From positions 38,752 through 102,751 of the forward strand of contig JAZKCF010000003.1 of assembly GCA_040388195.1 (NCBI GenBank): a stretch of DNA of 64,000 nucleotides, given 5' to 3'. Positions 43,286 to 54,020 of this stretch are shown in pieces; position 1 is the first letter of the stretch; every line of letters begins with the position of its first letter. The stretch comes from Pseudomonadota bacterium. Lineage in GTDB: Bacteria; Pseudomonadota; Gammaproteobacteria; Burkholderiales; DATLHW01. The notes beneath the pieces are model-generated. The model was not told the DNA's origin. It saw only the letters and a program-made list of their open reading frames with translations, and ran no database searches. The position numbers and the translations under genes are program-made.

Positions 43286-46200
43286 TCGCCCAACTTATTC
43301 GCGCATCAATCGCTAATCGATTTCTCGTTCTATTGGCTACTGTAATGCTCACCGGTTGGGGAATTTGGGCATTGTCGAAAACCCCGCTGGATGCGATACC
43401 CGATCTCTCCGATGTGCAGGTAATTATCCGCACGACCTATCCCGGCCAGGCGCCGCAGATCGTCGAGAATCAGATCACTTATCCACTGACAACAACCATG
43501 CTGTCAGTGCCAGGTGCGAAGACAGTGCGCGGCTATTCGTTCTTCGGCGATTCGTTTGTCTACATTCTGTTCGAGGATGGTACCGATCCGTATTGGGCAC
43601 GGTCACGAGTGCTCGAATATCTGAATCAGGTGCAATCACGTCTGCCGTCTCAGGCGAAAGCTTCGCTAGGACCGGACGCAACCGGCGTCGGTTGGATATA
43701 CGAGTACGCGTTAATCGACCGGACCGGAAAGATGGATTTGTCGCAGCTGCGCGCATTGCAGGATTGGTTCCTCAAATACGAATTGAAAACAGTGCCCAAT
43801 GTTTCGGAAGTTGCGGCGATCGGCGGCATGGTGCGCCAATACCAGATCGTGCTTTTCCCGGACAAGCTGCGCGCTTATAACATACCGCATCGTAAAGTGA
43901 TCGAGGCGGTACAAAAGGCGAATCAGGAAACCGGCGGCTCGGTGTTAGAACTGGGTGAAGCTGAATACATGGTGCGTGCTTCCGGCTACCTGGAATCGCT
44001 CGACGACTTCCGCAAAATTCCACTGACGACTACCGATGGCGGCATCCCTGTGCGATTGGGCGATGTGGCGCGTATCCAAGTGGGACCGGAGATGCGCCGT
44101 GGCATTGCTGATCTCAATGGCGAAGGTGAAGTTGCTGGCGGCGTAATCGTCATGCGTTCAGGGAAGAATGCGCTACAAACCATTGAGGCGGTCAAAGCGA
44201 AGTTGGAAACACTGAAATCGAGTTTGCCACCGGGCGTCGAAATCGTACCCACCTATGATCGATCGAATCTTATCAACCGCGCGATCAAGAATCTGCAGGA
44301 AAAACTGATCGAGGAATTCATTGTTGTTGCCATCGTCTGCGTGGTGTTTTTGTTTCATCTACGCTCTGCATTCGTCGCCATTGTTTCGCTGCCGCTGGGC
44401 ATTCTCGCCGCGTTTATCATCATGTATTACCAGGGCGTCAACGCGAACATCATGTCGTTGGGTGGCATTGCGATTGCCGTGGGTGCAATGGTCGATGCAG
44501 CAGTCGTGATGATCGAGAACGCCCACAAGCACATAGAGGCCTGGCGTCATGCGCACCCTGACAAAGAACTGACCGGTGAAGTGCATTGGCGCGTCATTGG
44601 TGATGCCGCCGCCGAAGTCGGTCCGGCGCTTTTCTTCTCGCTATTGATCATCGTGTTGTCGTTCGTTCCAGTATTTACCCTAGAAGCGCAGGAAGGGCGG
44701 CTTTTCTCGCCATTGGCGTTCACCAAGACTTATGCAATGGCAGCAGCAGCGGGCTTGGCGGTGACGCTCATTCCGGTGCTCATGGGTTATTTCATTCGCG
44801 GTCGAATCCCCGATGAACAGAAGAATCCACTGAATCGCTTTCTGATCGCGCTCTATCGCCCGCTGCTGGATTGGGTGCTGAAGTTTCCGAAGATAACCTT
44901 GGTTGCCGCGGTGATTCTCGCGGTGATCACGATTTGGCCAATGACCCAGCTAGGCGGCGAATTTATGCCGCCATTGGATGAAGGCGATCTACTCTATATG
45001 CCGTCAGCACTGCCCGGTATTTCGGCTGGAAAGGTTGCGGAATTATTGCAACAGACGGACCGATTGATCAAGACAGTACCGGAAGTCAAAAGCGTATTCG
45101 GCAAGGCCGGCCGTGCCGAGACTGCTACCGATCCGGCGCCGCTGGAAATGTTTGAAACGACCGTTCAATTCAAGCCACGTGACGAATGGCGACCTGGTAT
45201 GACGACAGATAAGCTTATTGAAGAGATGGATCGCATCGTCAAAGTACCTGGGCTTACCAATATATGGGTACCGCCGATCCGTAACCGGATTGATATGCTG
45301 GCGACCGGCATTAAGAGTCCGGTCGGGGTAAAGGTTGCGGGAATGGATTTAAAGGAGATCGATCGCATCACCGCCGAAATAGAACGAGCCATAAAACCAG
45401 TGCCGGGTGTTACATCTGCATTGGCCGAACGGCTTACCGGCGGTCGTTACATCGATATCAAAATCGACCGTGACGCGGCTGCACGCTATGGTCTCAATGT
45501 CGCGGATGTACAGAGTGTCGTGTCCGCTGCGATCGGTGGCGATAATATCGGTGAGACTGTCGAAGGCCTGCAGCGCTTTCCGATTAATGTTCGTTACCCA
45601 CGCGAAGTGCGCGATTCAGTGGAAAAGTTGCGTGATGTCTCTGTACTCACTGATCGCGGCGCCCAGCTTCGATTAGGCGATGTCGCGGCGATTAGGATCA
45701 GCGATGGCCCACCGATGTTAAAGAGCGAGAATTCTCGGTTATCGGGATGGGTCTATGTGGACATTCATGGCCGTGATTTAAAGTCTGTCGTGCAAGACAT
45801 GCAGCAAGCTGTGGCAAAGGGAGTGAAGTTGCCGGCTGGCTACTCGATTTCCTGGTCCGGGCAATTCGAGTTCCTCGAACGTGCGACGGCAAAGTTAAAA
45901 GTTGTAGTGCCGGCGACGTTACTGATTATCTTTGTGCTGTTGTATCTCACCTTTCGCCGTTTCGATGAGGCATGCCTGATTATGGCTACGTTGCCATTCG
46001 CATTGGCGGGTGGTGTTTGGCTGCTTTGGATATTGGGACACAACGTTTCCGTTGCAAGCGGTGTCGGCTTCATTGCGTTGGCCGGAGTAGCGGCGGAATT
46101 TGGCGTGATCATGCTGCTCTATCTCAAACATGCTTGGGACGCTCGTCTCGCCGAGGGAAAAACAAGCGATGCCGATTTGTTGGATGCAATTCGCGAAGGC

Positions 46201-46461
46201 GCTGTATTGCGAGTGCGGCCGAAAGCTATGACGGTAGGGGTGATTATCGCCGGTCTCGTGCCGATCATGGTTGATACGGGGACCGGCTCGGAGGTTATGC
46301 AACGCATTGCGGCACCGATGGTAGGCGGTATGGTAACTGCACCGCTTCTGTCGATGTTTGTTGTTCCTGCGGTTTATTTATTGTTGCGGCGGCAACATCG
46401 GAGGCGGGTAATAAAAGTACATCTCGGTGAAGCTGAGATCAGTCAAAAGACAAGTACGTGA
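43282..46461 (+). CDS. cusA: Heavy-metal efflux RND permease (CusA/CzcA family)
   Basis: A 1059-aa protein with 12-TM RND architecture. The N-terminus [23 protein letters not shown]...[13 protein letters not shown] is typical of CusA. Its start overlaps the stop of the adaptor gene. Confidence 0.9.
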   Translation: MIAQLIRASIANRFLVLLATVMLTGWGIWALSKTPLDAIPDLSDVQVIIRTTYPGQAPQIVENQITYPLTTTMLSVPGAKTVRGYSFFGDSFVYILFEDGTDPYWARSRVLEYLNQVQSRLPSQAKASLGPDATGVGWIYEYALIDRTGKMDLSQLRALQDWFLKYELKTVPNVSEVAAIGGMVRQYQIVLFPDKLRAYNIPHRKVIEAVQKANQETGGSVLELGEAEYMVRASGYLESLDDFRKIPLTTTDGGIPVRLGDVARIQVGPEMRRGIADLNGEGEVAGGVIVMRSGKNALQTIEAVKAKLETLKSSLPPGVEIVPTYDRSNLINRAIKNLQEKLIEEFIVVAIVCVVFLFHLRSAFVAIVSLPLGILAAFIIMYYQGVNANIMSLGGIAIAVGAMVDAAVVMIENAHKHIEAWRHAHPDKELTGEVHWRVIGDAAAEVGPALFFSLLIIVLSFVPVFTLEAQEGRLFSPLAFTKTYAMAAAAGLAVTLIPVLMGYFIRGRIPDEQKNPLNRFLIALYRPLLDWVLKFPKITLVAAVILAVITIWPMTQLGGEFMPPLDEGDLLYMPSALPGISAGKVAELLQQTDRLIKTVPEVKSVFGKAGRAETATDPAPLEMFETTVQFKPRDEWRPGMTTDKLIEEMDRIVKVPGLTNIWVPPIRNRIDMLATGIKSPVGVKVAGMDLKEIDRITAEIERAIKPVPGVTSALAERLTGGRYIDIKIDRDAAARYGLNVADVQSVVSAAIGGDNIGETVEGLQRFPINVRYPREVRDSVEKLRDVSVLTDRGAQLRLGDVAAIRISDGPPMLKSENSRLSGWVYVDIHGRDLKSVVQDMQQAVAKGVKLPAGYSISWSGQFEFLERATAKLKVVVPATLLIIFVLLYLTFRRFDEACLIMATLPFALAGGVWLLWILGHNVSVASGVGFIALAGVAAEFGVIMLLYLKHAWDARLAEGKTSDADLLDAIREGAVLRVRPKAMTVGVIIAGLVPIMVDTGTGSEVMQRIAAPMVGGMVTAPLLSMFVVPAVYLLLRRQHRRRVIKVHLGEAEISQKTST

Positions 46462-46587
46462 TGGATTCAAGCGTCATTAATGATCGTTTAAACCGTATTT
46501 GTTGGGATTTAAGTAAGGTGGTTGCGCCAAACGATAAGAGCATAAAAATTGGTATCTTTCATAAAATGCTACTAATATGATTTTAAA

Positions 46588-46605
46588 ATCCGTTTATGAA
46601 GGGAT
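46588..46605 (+). promoter_or_regulatory. Candidate HipB operator half-site pair (ATCC-N10-GGAT) overlapping the hipB RBS
   Basis: AAATCCgtttatgaagGGATT lies immediately upstream of the ATG at 46609. It resembles, but does not match in spacing, the E. coli TATCC-N8-GGATA operator. Confidence 0.2.
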
Positions 46606-46608
46606 TAT

Positions 46609-46908
46609 ATGCGCCGCATCGTCCTTACTCCATTTCCAGAGCGTCCTCGGGCGACTTCGCTTGAATCATTGGGTACTTTTATTCGCGCGCAGCGTACGGC
46701 GTCCGGCTTAAAGTTACGGGACGCGGCGTTGCTTTGCGGCGTTTCGAAAGACGTTTTGACCCGCGTTGAGAATGGGGCTGGCCCAGTAGGTTCGGATAAT
46801 TTATTGCAAATTCTCGATACCCTTGGCCTTACCCTACTGGTGGTTCCCAAAAATCAGGCCTCTCAAGCCGAGCACGCAGTTGCTGCCGCAAGGGATATTT
46901 CAGAGTGA
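46609..46908 (+). CDS. hipB: XRE-family HTH antitoxin (HipB-like)
   Basis: The HTH segment LGTFIRAQRTASGLKLRDAALLCGVSKDVLTRVENG. Its 4-nt overlap (GTGA) with the hipA-like gene indicates coupling. Confidence 0.75.
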   Translation: MRRIVLTPFPERPRATSLESLGTFIRAQRTASGLKLRDAALLCGVSKDVLTRVENGAGPVGSDNLLQILDTLGLTLLVVPKNQASQAEHAVAAARDISE

Positions 46909-48236
46909 CCGAGTTACATGCGCTGCGGGCTTATTCGGGCAATACCTTAGTCGGCGTTTTGACCTACGACTCGATAGAAGACCAATTCGGTTTTGAATAC
47001 GACGATAACTGGCGCAAAAATCCACGGGCGTTCCCTCTCTCACCTCATCTTCCTCTTCAAAAACTCTCGAACCAATCTATGGGTTCCGGAGCGATTAAAC
47101 GTTTTCTCGAAAACCTGTTGCCCGAAGGCAAGGCACGTGAAATCGCGGCGACCACTTATCAAATTTCTAAAGCGAATCTTTATGCCTTGCTATGTCATTT
47201 AGGCCGAGAGACGACAGGGGCGATATCGCTATTACCTGAAGCAACGGAACCACAACAGCAACCGATCACTAAGCGAAAGATCCCGCTGGAAGAATTGCAT
47301 CAGCGTATCCAGGAACGGAAGCAGTATTCTTTCTCGGTCTGGGATGGGAGGGTCCCGGCATCAATTGCGGGATATCAAGATAAATTGCCCTTATTTGTTG
47401 AGGGAGAGGCATTGGCGGACGGACTTTGTTTAATGGATGGCCAGCTGGCTTCTACGCACATCCTAAAGCCGGAGCCTGGCGAGGGCCGGCTTAAATGTCT
47501 TGTCGCCAATGAGCACTTTTGTATGAAGCTGGCGGCGGCCGTGAAGCTGCCCGTGGCCGCGGTTTCTATTCTGCGCACGCCGTTAGTGTTGTTAGCTGTG
47601 GAGCGATTCGACCGCGTGCGGACAACGGAAAGCGTGCGCAAGGTTCACATCATCGATGGTTGCCAAGCGTTAGATTTACCCGTGACGCATAAATACGAAC
47701 GTAACTTAGGTAGCGGTCCTGAGGTGTCTCATATTCGTGACGGCGTCAGTTTTGAAAAACTTTTTGCGTTGGCACGCAATTCGGCCAATAAAGCATTTAC
47801 TGAGTGGCATCTTATGCGATGGGCGCTGTTTCAGTATCTGATAGGGAACGGCGATGGCCATGGAAAAAACGTGTCTTTTTTCTGTCACGCAAACGGACTT
47901 GATCTTGCACCGTTCTACGACCTTGTCTCGATCGTTCCTTACACTGACGCCGACTATGAGCCCCCAATGGGCATCGGTGATGAATTTTCACTTCGCGAAT
48001 TATCTTCTTCAGCATGGACGGAATTTGCGCGTCTATGCGGTATTGATCGCAGATTGCTGGCAAGCGAGATGAAGGAATTTTCGAAACTGGCTTCAAGAGA
48101 AGCTTCAAAGCTGGCGACAGATATTGTTTACGTCGATGATGAGCGCCCCATCGTTGCCAGCATCGCTTCCTTCGTCGCCAAGCAAGGCGAACGATTGTCT
48201 GCTGCTGCGGTGGATGTACTAAAAGGCGCGAAATAA
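46905..48236 (+). CDS. hipA: HipA-family serine/threonine kinase toxin
   Basis: An N-terminal coupling domain (LVGVLTYDSIEDQFGFEYDDNW), GYQDKLPL, and the kinase catalytic loop LIGNGDGHGKNVSF. Confidence 0.9.
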   Translation: MTELHALRAYSGNTLVGVLTYDSIEDQFGFEYDDNWRKNPRAFPLSPHLPLQKLSNQSMGSGAIKRFLENLLPEGKAREIAATTYQISKANLYALLCHLGRETTGAISLLPEATEPQQQPITKRKIPLEELHQRIQERKQYSFSVWDGRVPASIAGYQDKLPLFVEGEALADGLCLMDGQLASTHILKPEPGEGRLKCLVANEHFCMKLAAAVKLPVAAVSILRTPLVLLAVERFDRVRTTESVRKVHIIDGCQALDLPVTHKYERNLGSGPEVSHIRDGVSFEKLFALARNSANKAFTEWHLMRWALFQYLIGNGDGHGKNVSFFCHANGLDLAPFYDLVSIVPYTDADYEPPMGIGDEFSLRELSSSAWTEFARLCGIDRRLLASEMKEFSKLASREASKLATDIVYVDDERPIVASIASFVAKQGERLSAAAVDVLKGAK

Positions 48237-48331
48237 AGCACGGTTTCACGCATTGCTCTGCCTACATAGAGCGACGCGCTAGTGGTAGGATAATCGGTGA
48301 GTTTCCAAATACCCTGATACGAGGTATATGA

Positions 48332-50119
48332 ATGCCGCCTGAGGAAGAGATGGAAGAAAGCAAGCTGAACGGCGCAATTCAGGAAGTTGAAGATCGCCTA
48401 CAAAAGTTGCTTGAAATTCAGGAAGCATTGCGCCAAAGCGAAGCACGTTTCCGTGATTTGATAGAACTATCGGTGGACTGGTATTGGGAGCAGGACGAAG
48501 TATTCCGATACACGATGATGGCCGGCGGAATTTTAAAAAAAATCGGTTTTAAACAAAACGAATTCATCGGCAAGAAGCGCTGGGAACAGCCTGGAATTGT
48601 CGTAGCGGAAGGCCATTGGGAGACTCACAAAGCGGTGTTAGCGGCGCATGAGCCTTTTTATAATTTTGCTTACCAGTGGGTTGATGAATCCGGCAAGCTG
48701 GTTCACGTTATTTCAAGCGGTCTGCCAATATTCGATAACCAAGGAAATTTCAAAGGATATCGTGGCATTGGGCGCGATGTAACCGAGCAGTTTCTATCTG
48801 AAGAGCGCATTCGTTATCTTGCTTACCATGATGGGCTTACTGGATTGCCCAATCGAGTACGGTTCAGCGAAATTTTGAACCATAGCCTCCATCTGGCATC
48901 CCGCCATAACAAAAAGCTGGCTGTGCTTTTTATAGATCTGGATCGGTTTAAAAATATCAACGACACACTCGGCCATGAAGCGGGTGATATCTTGTTACAA
49001 GAAGCGGGAAAAAAACTCAAGGATTGCCTTCGCAAGAACGACACTGTTGCTCGGCTGGGAGGCGATGAGTTTGTGGTGTTGATTGAAGAAGTGGTTGATA
49101 CAAATCACGTCATTACCGTTGCCCAAAAAGTCCTTGCCGCCATGATTAAACCATTTAAATTAGTAGGGCAAGAACTCCGAGTTACGGCAAGCGTCGGCGT
49201 CAGTATGTTCCCGGAGGATGGAGTGGACGAACAAACGCTGATGAAAAACGCGGACATCGCATTGTATCGAGCGAAGGAGGAGGGCAAGAATAATTACCAG
49301 CTCTACTCCGAGAAGATGAATGCGTTCTCTTTTCAACGGCTGGCATTAGAGACCAGCTTGCGGCGCGCGTTGGAGCGAGATGAGTTTCTGCTGCATTACC
49401 AGGCCAAGCTCGATCTTCGTACCGGTAAGGTAACGGGCATGGAAGCCTTATTGCGTTGGCAGCATCCTGATCTCGGCATGATTTCACCTGCGCAGTTTAT
49501 TCCGATTGCAGAAGAAACCGGCTTGATCGTGCCGATTGGTAAATGGGTTCTCGCTACTGCTTGCCTGCAAAACAAAGCATGGCAAGATGAAGGGCTGCCG
49601 GCGTTGCGTGTGGCCGTGAATTTATCGGCGAGACAGTTCTTTGATGATAGTTTGGTGCAGGATATTTCACAGATACTCACGGAAACACGAATGTCCGCCG
49701 GGTGTCTGGAACTGGAAATCACCGAGAGCATGGTCATGCGTGATCCGGAGAGGGCAGTGCGGTTGTTGTGCGAGCTGAAGGCAATGGGTATCCGCCTTGC
49801 TATCGATGATTTCGGTGTGGGTTATTCTTCTCTGGCTACTCTCAAGCGATTCCCGATTGATACCATTAAAGTGGATCGTTCTTTTATTCGTGATATTCCC
49901 GGGGACGCGGAAGATAAAGCATTAACGGAAGCAATTATTGCCATGGGAAAAACACTGAGCCTAACGGTGATAGCCGAGGGCGTTGAGACGCAGCAGCAGT
50001 ATGATTTCTTGCGTGAAAAATCTTGCGACGAGTTTCAAGGGTATTACTTCAGTAAACCAATCGATAAAGACAAATTTGCGGAGTTGTTTCGAGAACATAC
50101 GAAAGAGTCGAAGTCATAA
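48332..50119 (+). CDS. PAS-GGDEF-EAL c-di-GMP turnover protein
   Basis: A coiled-coil plus PAS region. Intact GGDEF (RLGGDEFVVL), EAL (GMEALLRWQHP), and DDFGVGYSSL, EGVET and QGYYFSKP motifs. Confidence 0.9.
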   Translation: MPPEEEMEESKLNGAIQEVEDRLQKLLEIQEALRQSEARFRDLIELSVDWYWEQDEVFRYTMMAGGILKKIGFKQNEFIGKKRWEQPGIVVAEGHWETHKAVLAAHEPFYNFAYQWVDESGKLVHVISSGLPIFDNQGNFKGYRGIGRDVTEQFLSEERIRYLAYHDGLTGLPNRVRFSEILNHSLHLASRHNKKLAVLFIDLDRFKNINDTLGHEAGDILLQEAGKKLKDCLRKNDTVARLGGDEFVVLIEEVVDTNHVITVAQKVLAAMIKPFKLVGQELRVTASVGVSMFPEDGVDEQTLMKNADIALYRAKEEGKNNYQLYSEKMNAFSFQRLALETSLRRALERDEFLLHYQAKLDLRTGKVTGMEALLRWQHPDLGMISPAQFIPIAEETGLIVPIGKWVLATACLQNKAWQDEGLPALRVAVNLSARQFFDDSLVQDISQILTETRMSAGCLELEITESMVMRDPERAVRLLCELKAMGIRLAIDDFGVGYSSLATLKRFPIDTIKVDRSFIRDIPGDAEDKALTEAIIAMGKTLSLTVIAEGVETQQQYDFLREKSCDEFQGYYFSKPIDKDKFAELFREHTKESKS

Positions 50120-50179
50120 AAATTCCTATTCGAAATCGGCTCTAGCGTGACTGATCATTAGTTCAAACAGACCTTAACG

Positions 50180-51826
50180 TCAAAGCAGCAATTCAGTTTT
50201 AAAGCCAATTCGAACCGCTCCCCAATGTTGCCCGTTTATAAAAATCGGCATCGACAAATCATTGAGTACTTCACCGGTATCTCGCAAGTACGTTTGGAAC
50301 AACGACGATTTTTGGTTGCGAGCTAATTTAAGGCCGACAGGATCGTTGAAAATGCGCTTGTGACGGCTTTTTAATACATCTACTTCCGGTTTGCCGGTAG
50401 GCGGATTAGAAAAACTGAGGTTATGCGCAGGGGCGTAGCCATTTTTATCTACGCTCAGGGAATAAACTACGCCAGGCAGTACCTTGATGCACTCATCATA
50501 AATACGAGTTAACTCGGCCTCGCACTGGCTATCGTAACTTGTGTTATATCGCTTCGGATTGGAATTCGGGATCTCGCGATAATTGGAATCGAAGATATTG
50601 ACGTTTTGATCTGCAAGCGTTTGCATAACCTTTGCCACTTGGTCCCGAAACGCTTTTGCTTGATCATGTAAAACATCGAATTTACCGTCTCCAGTCCGGA
50701 ATTCTGCCAATACGCCCTGAACCTCTTCAGTCGATTCTCGCAAATCCTTAGCATAGTGTTCCGATTCGCCCACTTGCTTAGCCAGCTCTACACTGGAGTC
50801 CCGTACTTCGCCGGCTTGAGCGCTGATGGCTTCATTGTTTTCTTGTAAGCGATGAATGGCCCCGGTGATCGATTCCAATTGCTCAGTTGTCCGTAGATAG
50901 TCTTTAACCATCGTGCCCACGTCAGTGGTAACGGTTTCAATCGCGCCTTTCGCGCCGCCGACGTTGGTTACAATAGTTCTAGTTTTTTCCGACGTATCTT
51001 CTACCAACTCAATCATCGAGTGGGTATTTTGGCCGATAACGTCGGTTGCTTCTCTGACCCGCTCGGCTAGTTTTCTCACTTCATCCGCCACCACGGCAAA
51101 GCCGCGTCCTGCTTCGCCCGCTCGGGCTGCTTCGATAGCTGCGTTCAACGCTAATAAATTCGTTTGATCGGAAATATCATTGATGAGCTGAACAATGCCA
51201 TTGATTTTGGTAGAAGACTGATGCAGCGCTTCGACGGTGTGGGAGAAGTGTTCAATATGCTGGTTAACCGATTGCATCGTGTGGGATACCACTTGCATTT
51301 GTTCCTGTGAGCGCTGCGCGACTCCCAAGTTATTACGAGTAGAAGAGGCGATCGAGTCGGCATTCTTTGCTACTTCCGCGACCGAGTGGCTTACTTGTGT
51401 CGAAGCGGAAAAAATGTTCTCTGCCAATGTTACTTGGTGCTTTGTGGCGGCACTGGTATTTTGAATAACCTTGTTCATCTTAGCTGCATCTACGGCGATA
51501 CGAATGCTACTTCGTCGAGCGTTATCGACTACTTCTTTTACCTGGGAAAAAAAACGGGACAGGCTTGCGGATATGGCATCGGCGACGGTCGATCCACCTG
51601 TGGTTAATTTAACCGATAAATCCGCAGTGCCACTTGATACTGCCTCGATATCTTTCCCAAGAGCATCTAACGTATTTCCGCCATTTTTCCAGCGGTTGGC
51701 TAAAAAAGCGACGGTCAAAGTAACAACGGCAACACACACCGCTGCAGTGATCGACTTCGCTGCGGTACCTGTCAATGCCAATATGATTGCGAATTGCGAA
51801 ACAGCAAGGGCCAACCACTTTCCCAT
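50180..51826 (-). CDS. Methyl-accepting chemotaxis protein with a minimal N-terminus and an extra ~170-aa C-terminal domain
   Basis: One N-terminal TM region, then the highly conserved MA hairpin ([41 protein letters not shown]). The C-terminal domain ends ...[32 protein letters not shown]. Confidence 0.9.
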   Translation of the reverse strand: MGKWLALAVSQFAIILALTGTAAKSITAAVCVAVVTLTVAFLANRWKNGGNTLDALGKDIEAVSSGTADLSVKLTTGGSTVADAISASLSRFFSQVKEVVDNARRSSIRIAVDAAKMNKVIQNTSAATKHQVTLAENIFSASTQVSHSVAEVAKNADSIASSTRNNLGVAQRSQEQMQVVSHTMQSVNQHIEHFSHTVEALHQSSTKINGIVQLINDISDQTNLLALNAAIEAARAGEAGRGFAVVADEVRKLAERVREATDVIGQNTHSMIELVEDTSEKTRTIVTNVGGAKGAIETVTTDVGTMVKDYLRTTEQLESITGAIHRLQENNEAISAQAGEVRDSSVELAKQVGESEHYAKDLRESTEEVQGVLAEFRTGDGKFDVLHDQAKAFRDQVAKVMQTLADQNVNIFDSNYREIPNSNPKRYNTSYDSQCEAELTRIYDECIKVLPGVVYSLSVDKNGYAPAHNLSFSNPPTGKPEVDVLKSRHKRIFNDPVGLKLARNQKSSLFQTYLRDTGEVLNDLSMPIFINGQHWGAVRIGFKTELLL

Positions 51827-52283
51827 GTTTTTCTCCCTACAGTGGGGATGTGACGATTTTTAAAGCTACATACTTTTTCTTTTAAAAGACCATCCATCGT
51901 AAAAAGTATGCTGCTGAAAATATTTGCTAACAATTGGGCGAATAATTTATAGCAACTTGTGTAAGTATCTGATGTAAGAAATAAGCGTTAAAAATTCTAC
52001 CGAACAATAAATCCAGTCGCTTCGCCAATGCGATTATCGATTCTTTGCCGAACGTTGTCAGTAAAAAATGAATTATGGCTCGTTCTGAGTACGAAGGAGA
52101 AATAATTATGCGACAAGCGCTTTTCGCCCTCTAAAGTTTTTTCCACTCCGGTCGTTATAAAGTCAGGGGAAATTCTTTGCCCGGTTACTCGTGTGTAGAT
52201 GAAATGCATGTTGATTCCACGGCATTTTTCGCCGTGCCATACCAGAGGGAGAATAAATTGACCTTAGCTTGGAATGGCTTCTG

Positions 52284-53132
52284 ATGAGCGCTGACAACGG
52301 TATCAATAGCGGGTTGTTGCGAGACTTCGAGTTTAGCGCACAAGACTTCGAGCGGGTCCGAAAGCTGATTTACGATCGAGCAGGCATTTCGCTAAGCTCA
52401 GCCAAACAAGAGATGGTCTACAACCGCCTAGCTCGTCGACTTCGCGCTACCGGGCATAAAAGTTTCCGCGATTATCTTGCCATGTTGGAGCAAGGTAATG
52501 GTCCCGAGTGGGAAGCATTTACCAATTCACTGACAACCAATCTGACGTCATTTTTTCGGGAGTACCACCACTTCCCGATTTTAGCGGAGCTTGCGGAGAA
52601 GCGAAAATCGGCCGGCGGCATCATGCTGTGGTCTGCTGCTTGCTCTACCGGCGAAGAGCCATATTCGATGGCTATGACAATGGTGGATTTGTTCGGCACC
52701 TTCACGCCACCAGTGAAAATTCTCGCGACCGATCTGGATACCAACGTTCTGGCTACGGCAAAAAGCGGCATTTACCCGATGGAAAAGCTCTCAAAATTAT
52801 CTCCTGAGAAGCTTAAAAAATTTTTCGTCCGCGGGACCGGTGCGGAGGAGGGGGCGGCGCGCGTTCGGGACGAGCTAAGAAGTATTGTTACTTTCCGGCA
52901 GATCAATTTACAGGATAAAACGTGGCCTATACGCGGACCATTCGATGCCATTTTCTGCCGCAATGTAATGATTTATTTTGATCGGCCGACGCAACGCAAC
53001 GTATTGGAAAAGTTTGCGCCCTTGTTACGATCGGACGGCTTGCTGTTTACCGGGCATTCTGAGAATTTTTTCTTTGCAGCCGATCTGTTCCACCTACGAG
53101 GCAATACGGTTTACGAGCCGGTGAATCGGTGA
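52284..53132 (+). CDS. cheR: Chemotaxis protein methyltransferase CheR
   Basis: [40 protein letters not shown] and [11 protein letters not shown]. The ORF opens at 52269 (TTG). Confidence 0.9.
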   Translation: MSADNGINSGLLRDFEFSAQDFERVRKLIYDRAGISLSSAKQEMVYNRLARRLRATGHKSFRDYLAMLEQGNGPEWEAFTNSLTTNLTSFFREYHHFPILAELAEKRKSAGGIMLWSAACSTGEEPYSMAMTMVDLFGTFTPPVKILATDLDTNVLATAKSGIYPMEKLSKLSPEKLKKFFVRGTGAEEGAARVRDELRSIVTFRQINLQDKTWPIRGPFDAIFCRNVMIYFDRPTQRNVLEKFAPLLRSDGLLFTGHSENFFFAADLFHLRGNTVYEPVNR

Positions 53133-53743
53133 AAATTCCTGAAACAGAGAAAATTATTGTTCTGGGGGCGTCTACCGGCGGTCCGGATGCAATCAAAGTA
53201 TTTTTGAAGCAAATGCCGCTGAATTGCCCAGGCATTCTTATCACCCAACATATGCCGGAAAATTACACGCATTCGTTCGCGCAACGGCTCAATGCCGTAT
53301 GCCAAATTACTGTGCAGGAAGCGCAACATAATGAACGCGTGTTGCCTGGGCATGCTTACATTGCACCTGGTCACTCCCACCTGCTACTGGCGCGCGATGG
53401 AAATCGCTATCTGACGACGCTCTGCACTGATCCGCCGTTGAATCGCCATCGTCCCGCTGTGGATGTTCTGTTTCGTTCCGCCGCTAATTGCGCGGGCAAG
53501 AATGCCATTGGCGTGATTTTAACTGGGATGGGTAGTGACGGTAGGCAGGGCATGTTGGAAATGAAAGGAGCCGGCGCTTATAACTTCGCGCAGGATGAAG
53601 CGTCTTGCGTCGTATTTGGCATGCCGAGGGAAGCCATCGCTGCCGGTGCCGTGGACGAGATCCTGGCTTTACAAGACATTCCTAGGCGACTGATTGCATA
53701 TCTTGCGGCACAAACTAGTCGTCATGGACGGAAAAATGGATAG
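53129..53743 (+). CDS. cheB: CheB methylesterase catalytic domain only (no N-terminal receiver domain)
   Basis: [11 protein letters not shown] (Ser), ITQHMP (His), [21 protein letters not shown] (Asp) and FGMPREAI. It is only 204 aa, and its GTG start overlaps the cheR stop (GTGA). Confidence 0.85.
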   Translation: MKIPETEKIIVLGASTGGPDAIKVFLKQMPLNCPGILITQHMPENYTHSFAQRLNAVCQITVQEAQHNERVLPGHAYIAPGHSHLLLARDGNRYLTTLCTDPPLNRHRPAVDVLFRSAANCAGKNAIGVILTGMGSDGRQGMLEMKGAGAYNFAQDEASCVVFGMPREAIAAGAVDEILALQDIPRRLIAYLAAQTSRHGRKNG

Positions 53744-54020
53744 GGCTACTCCCTGTCTTTCATTTTCTGTTCTATTTTGCGAGATATTTTACTTTTTAAT
53801 AGGCGTGAAACAGCAAACTGAGCCGCTTTTTACCTTCTGATTAGATCAATCGCGGGAGGGCTGTCTCCGATAACATAGGATAAGTCGAAATCGGCTAATT
53901 TCGATTAGAAGGCGCAATCGAGTTTGGATACGTGAGACGTAAAGGGCAACAGATTTAGAAAATATTGCCGATATCGATATCGATGCCGAGATAAATTGAT
54001 TGTGGGGGATTTAAAAGGAA

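Noticed and set aside
51997-52209. A 70-aa minus-strand ORF between the first MCP and cheR
   Set aside because: It has no RBS and no recognisable motif, and it lies in an AT-rich divergent promoter region. I treated it as non-coding.
53940-53990. A sigma-28 promoter upstream of the second MCP (TAAAG ... GCCGATAT)
   Set aside because: The spacing between TAAA and GCCGATAT is about 23 nt, not the required 15. It is probably a coincidental match of the -10-like element.
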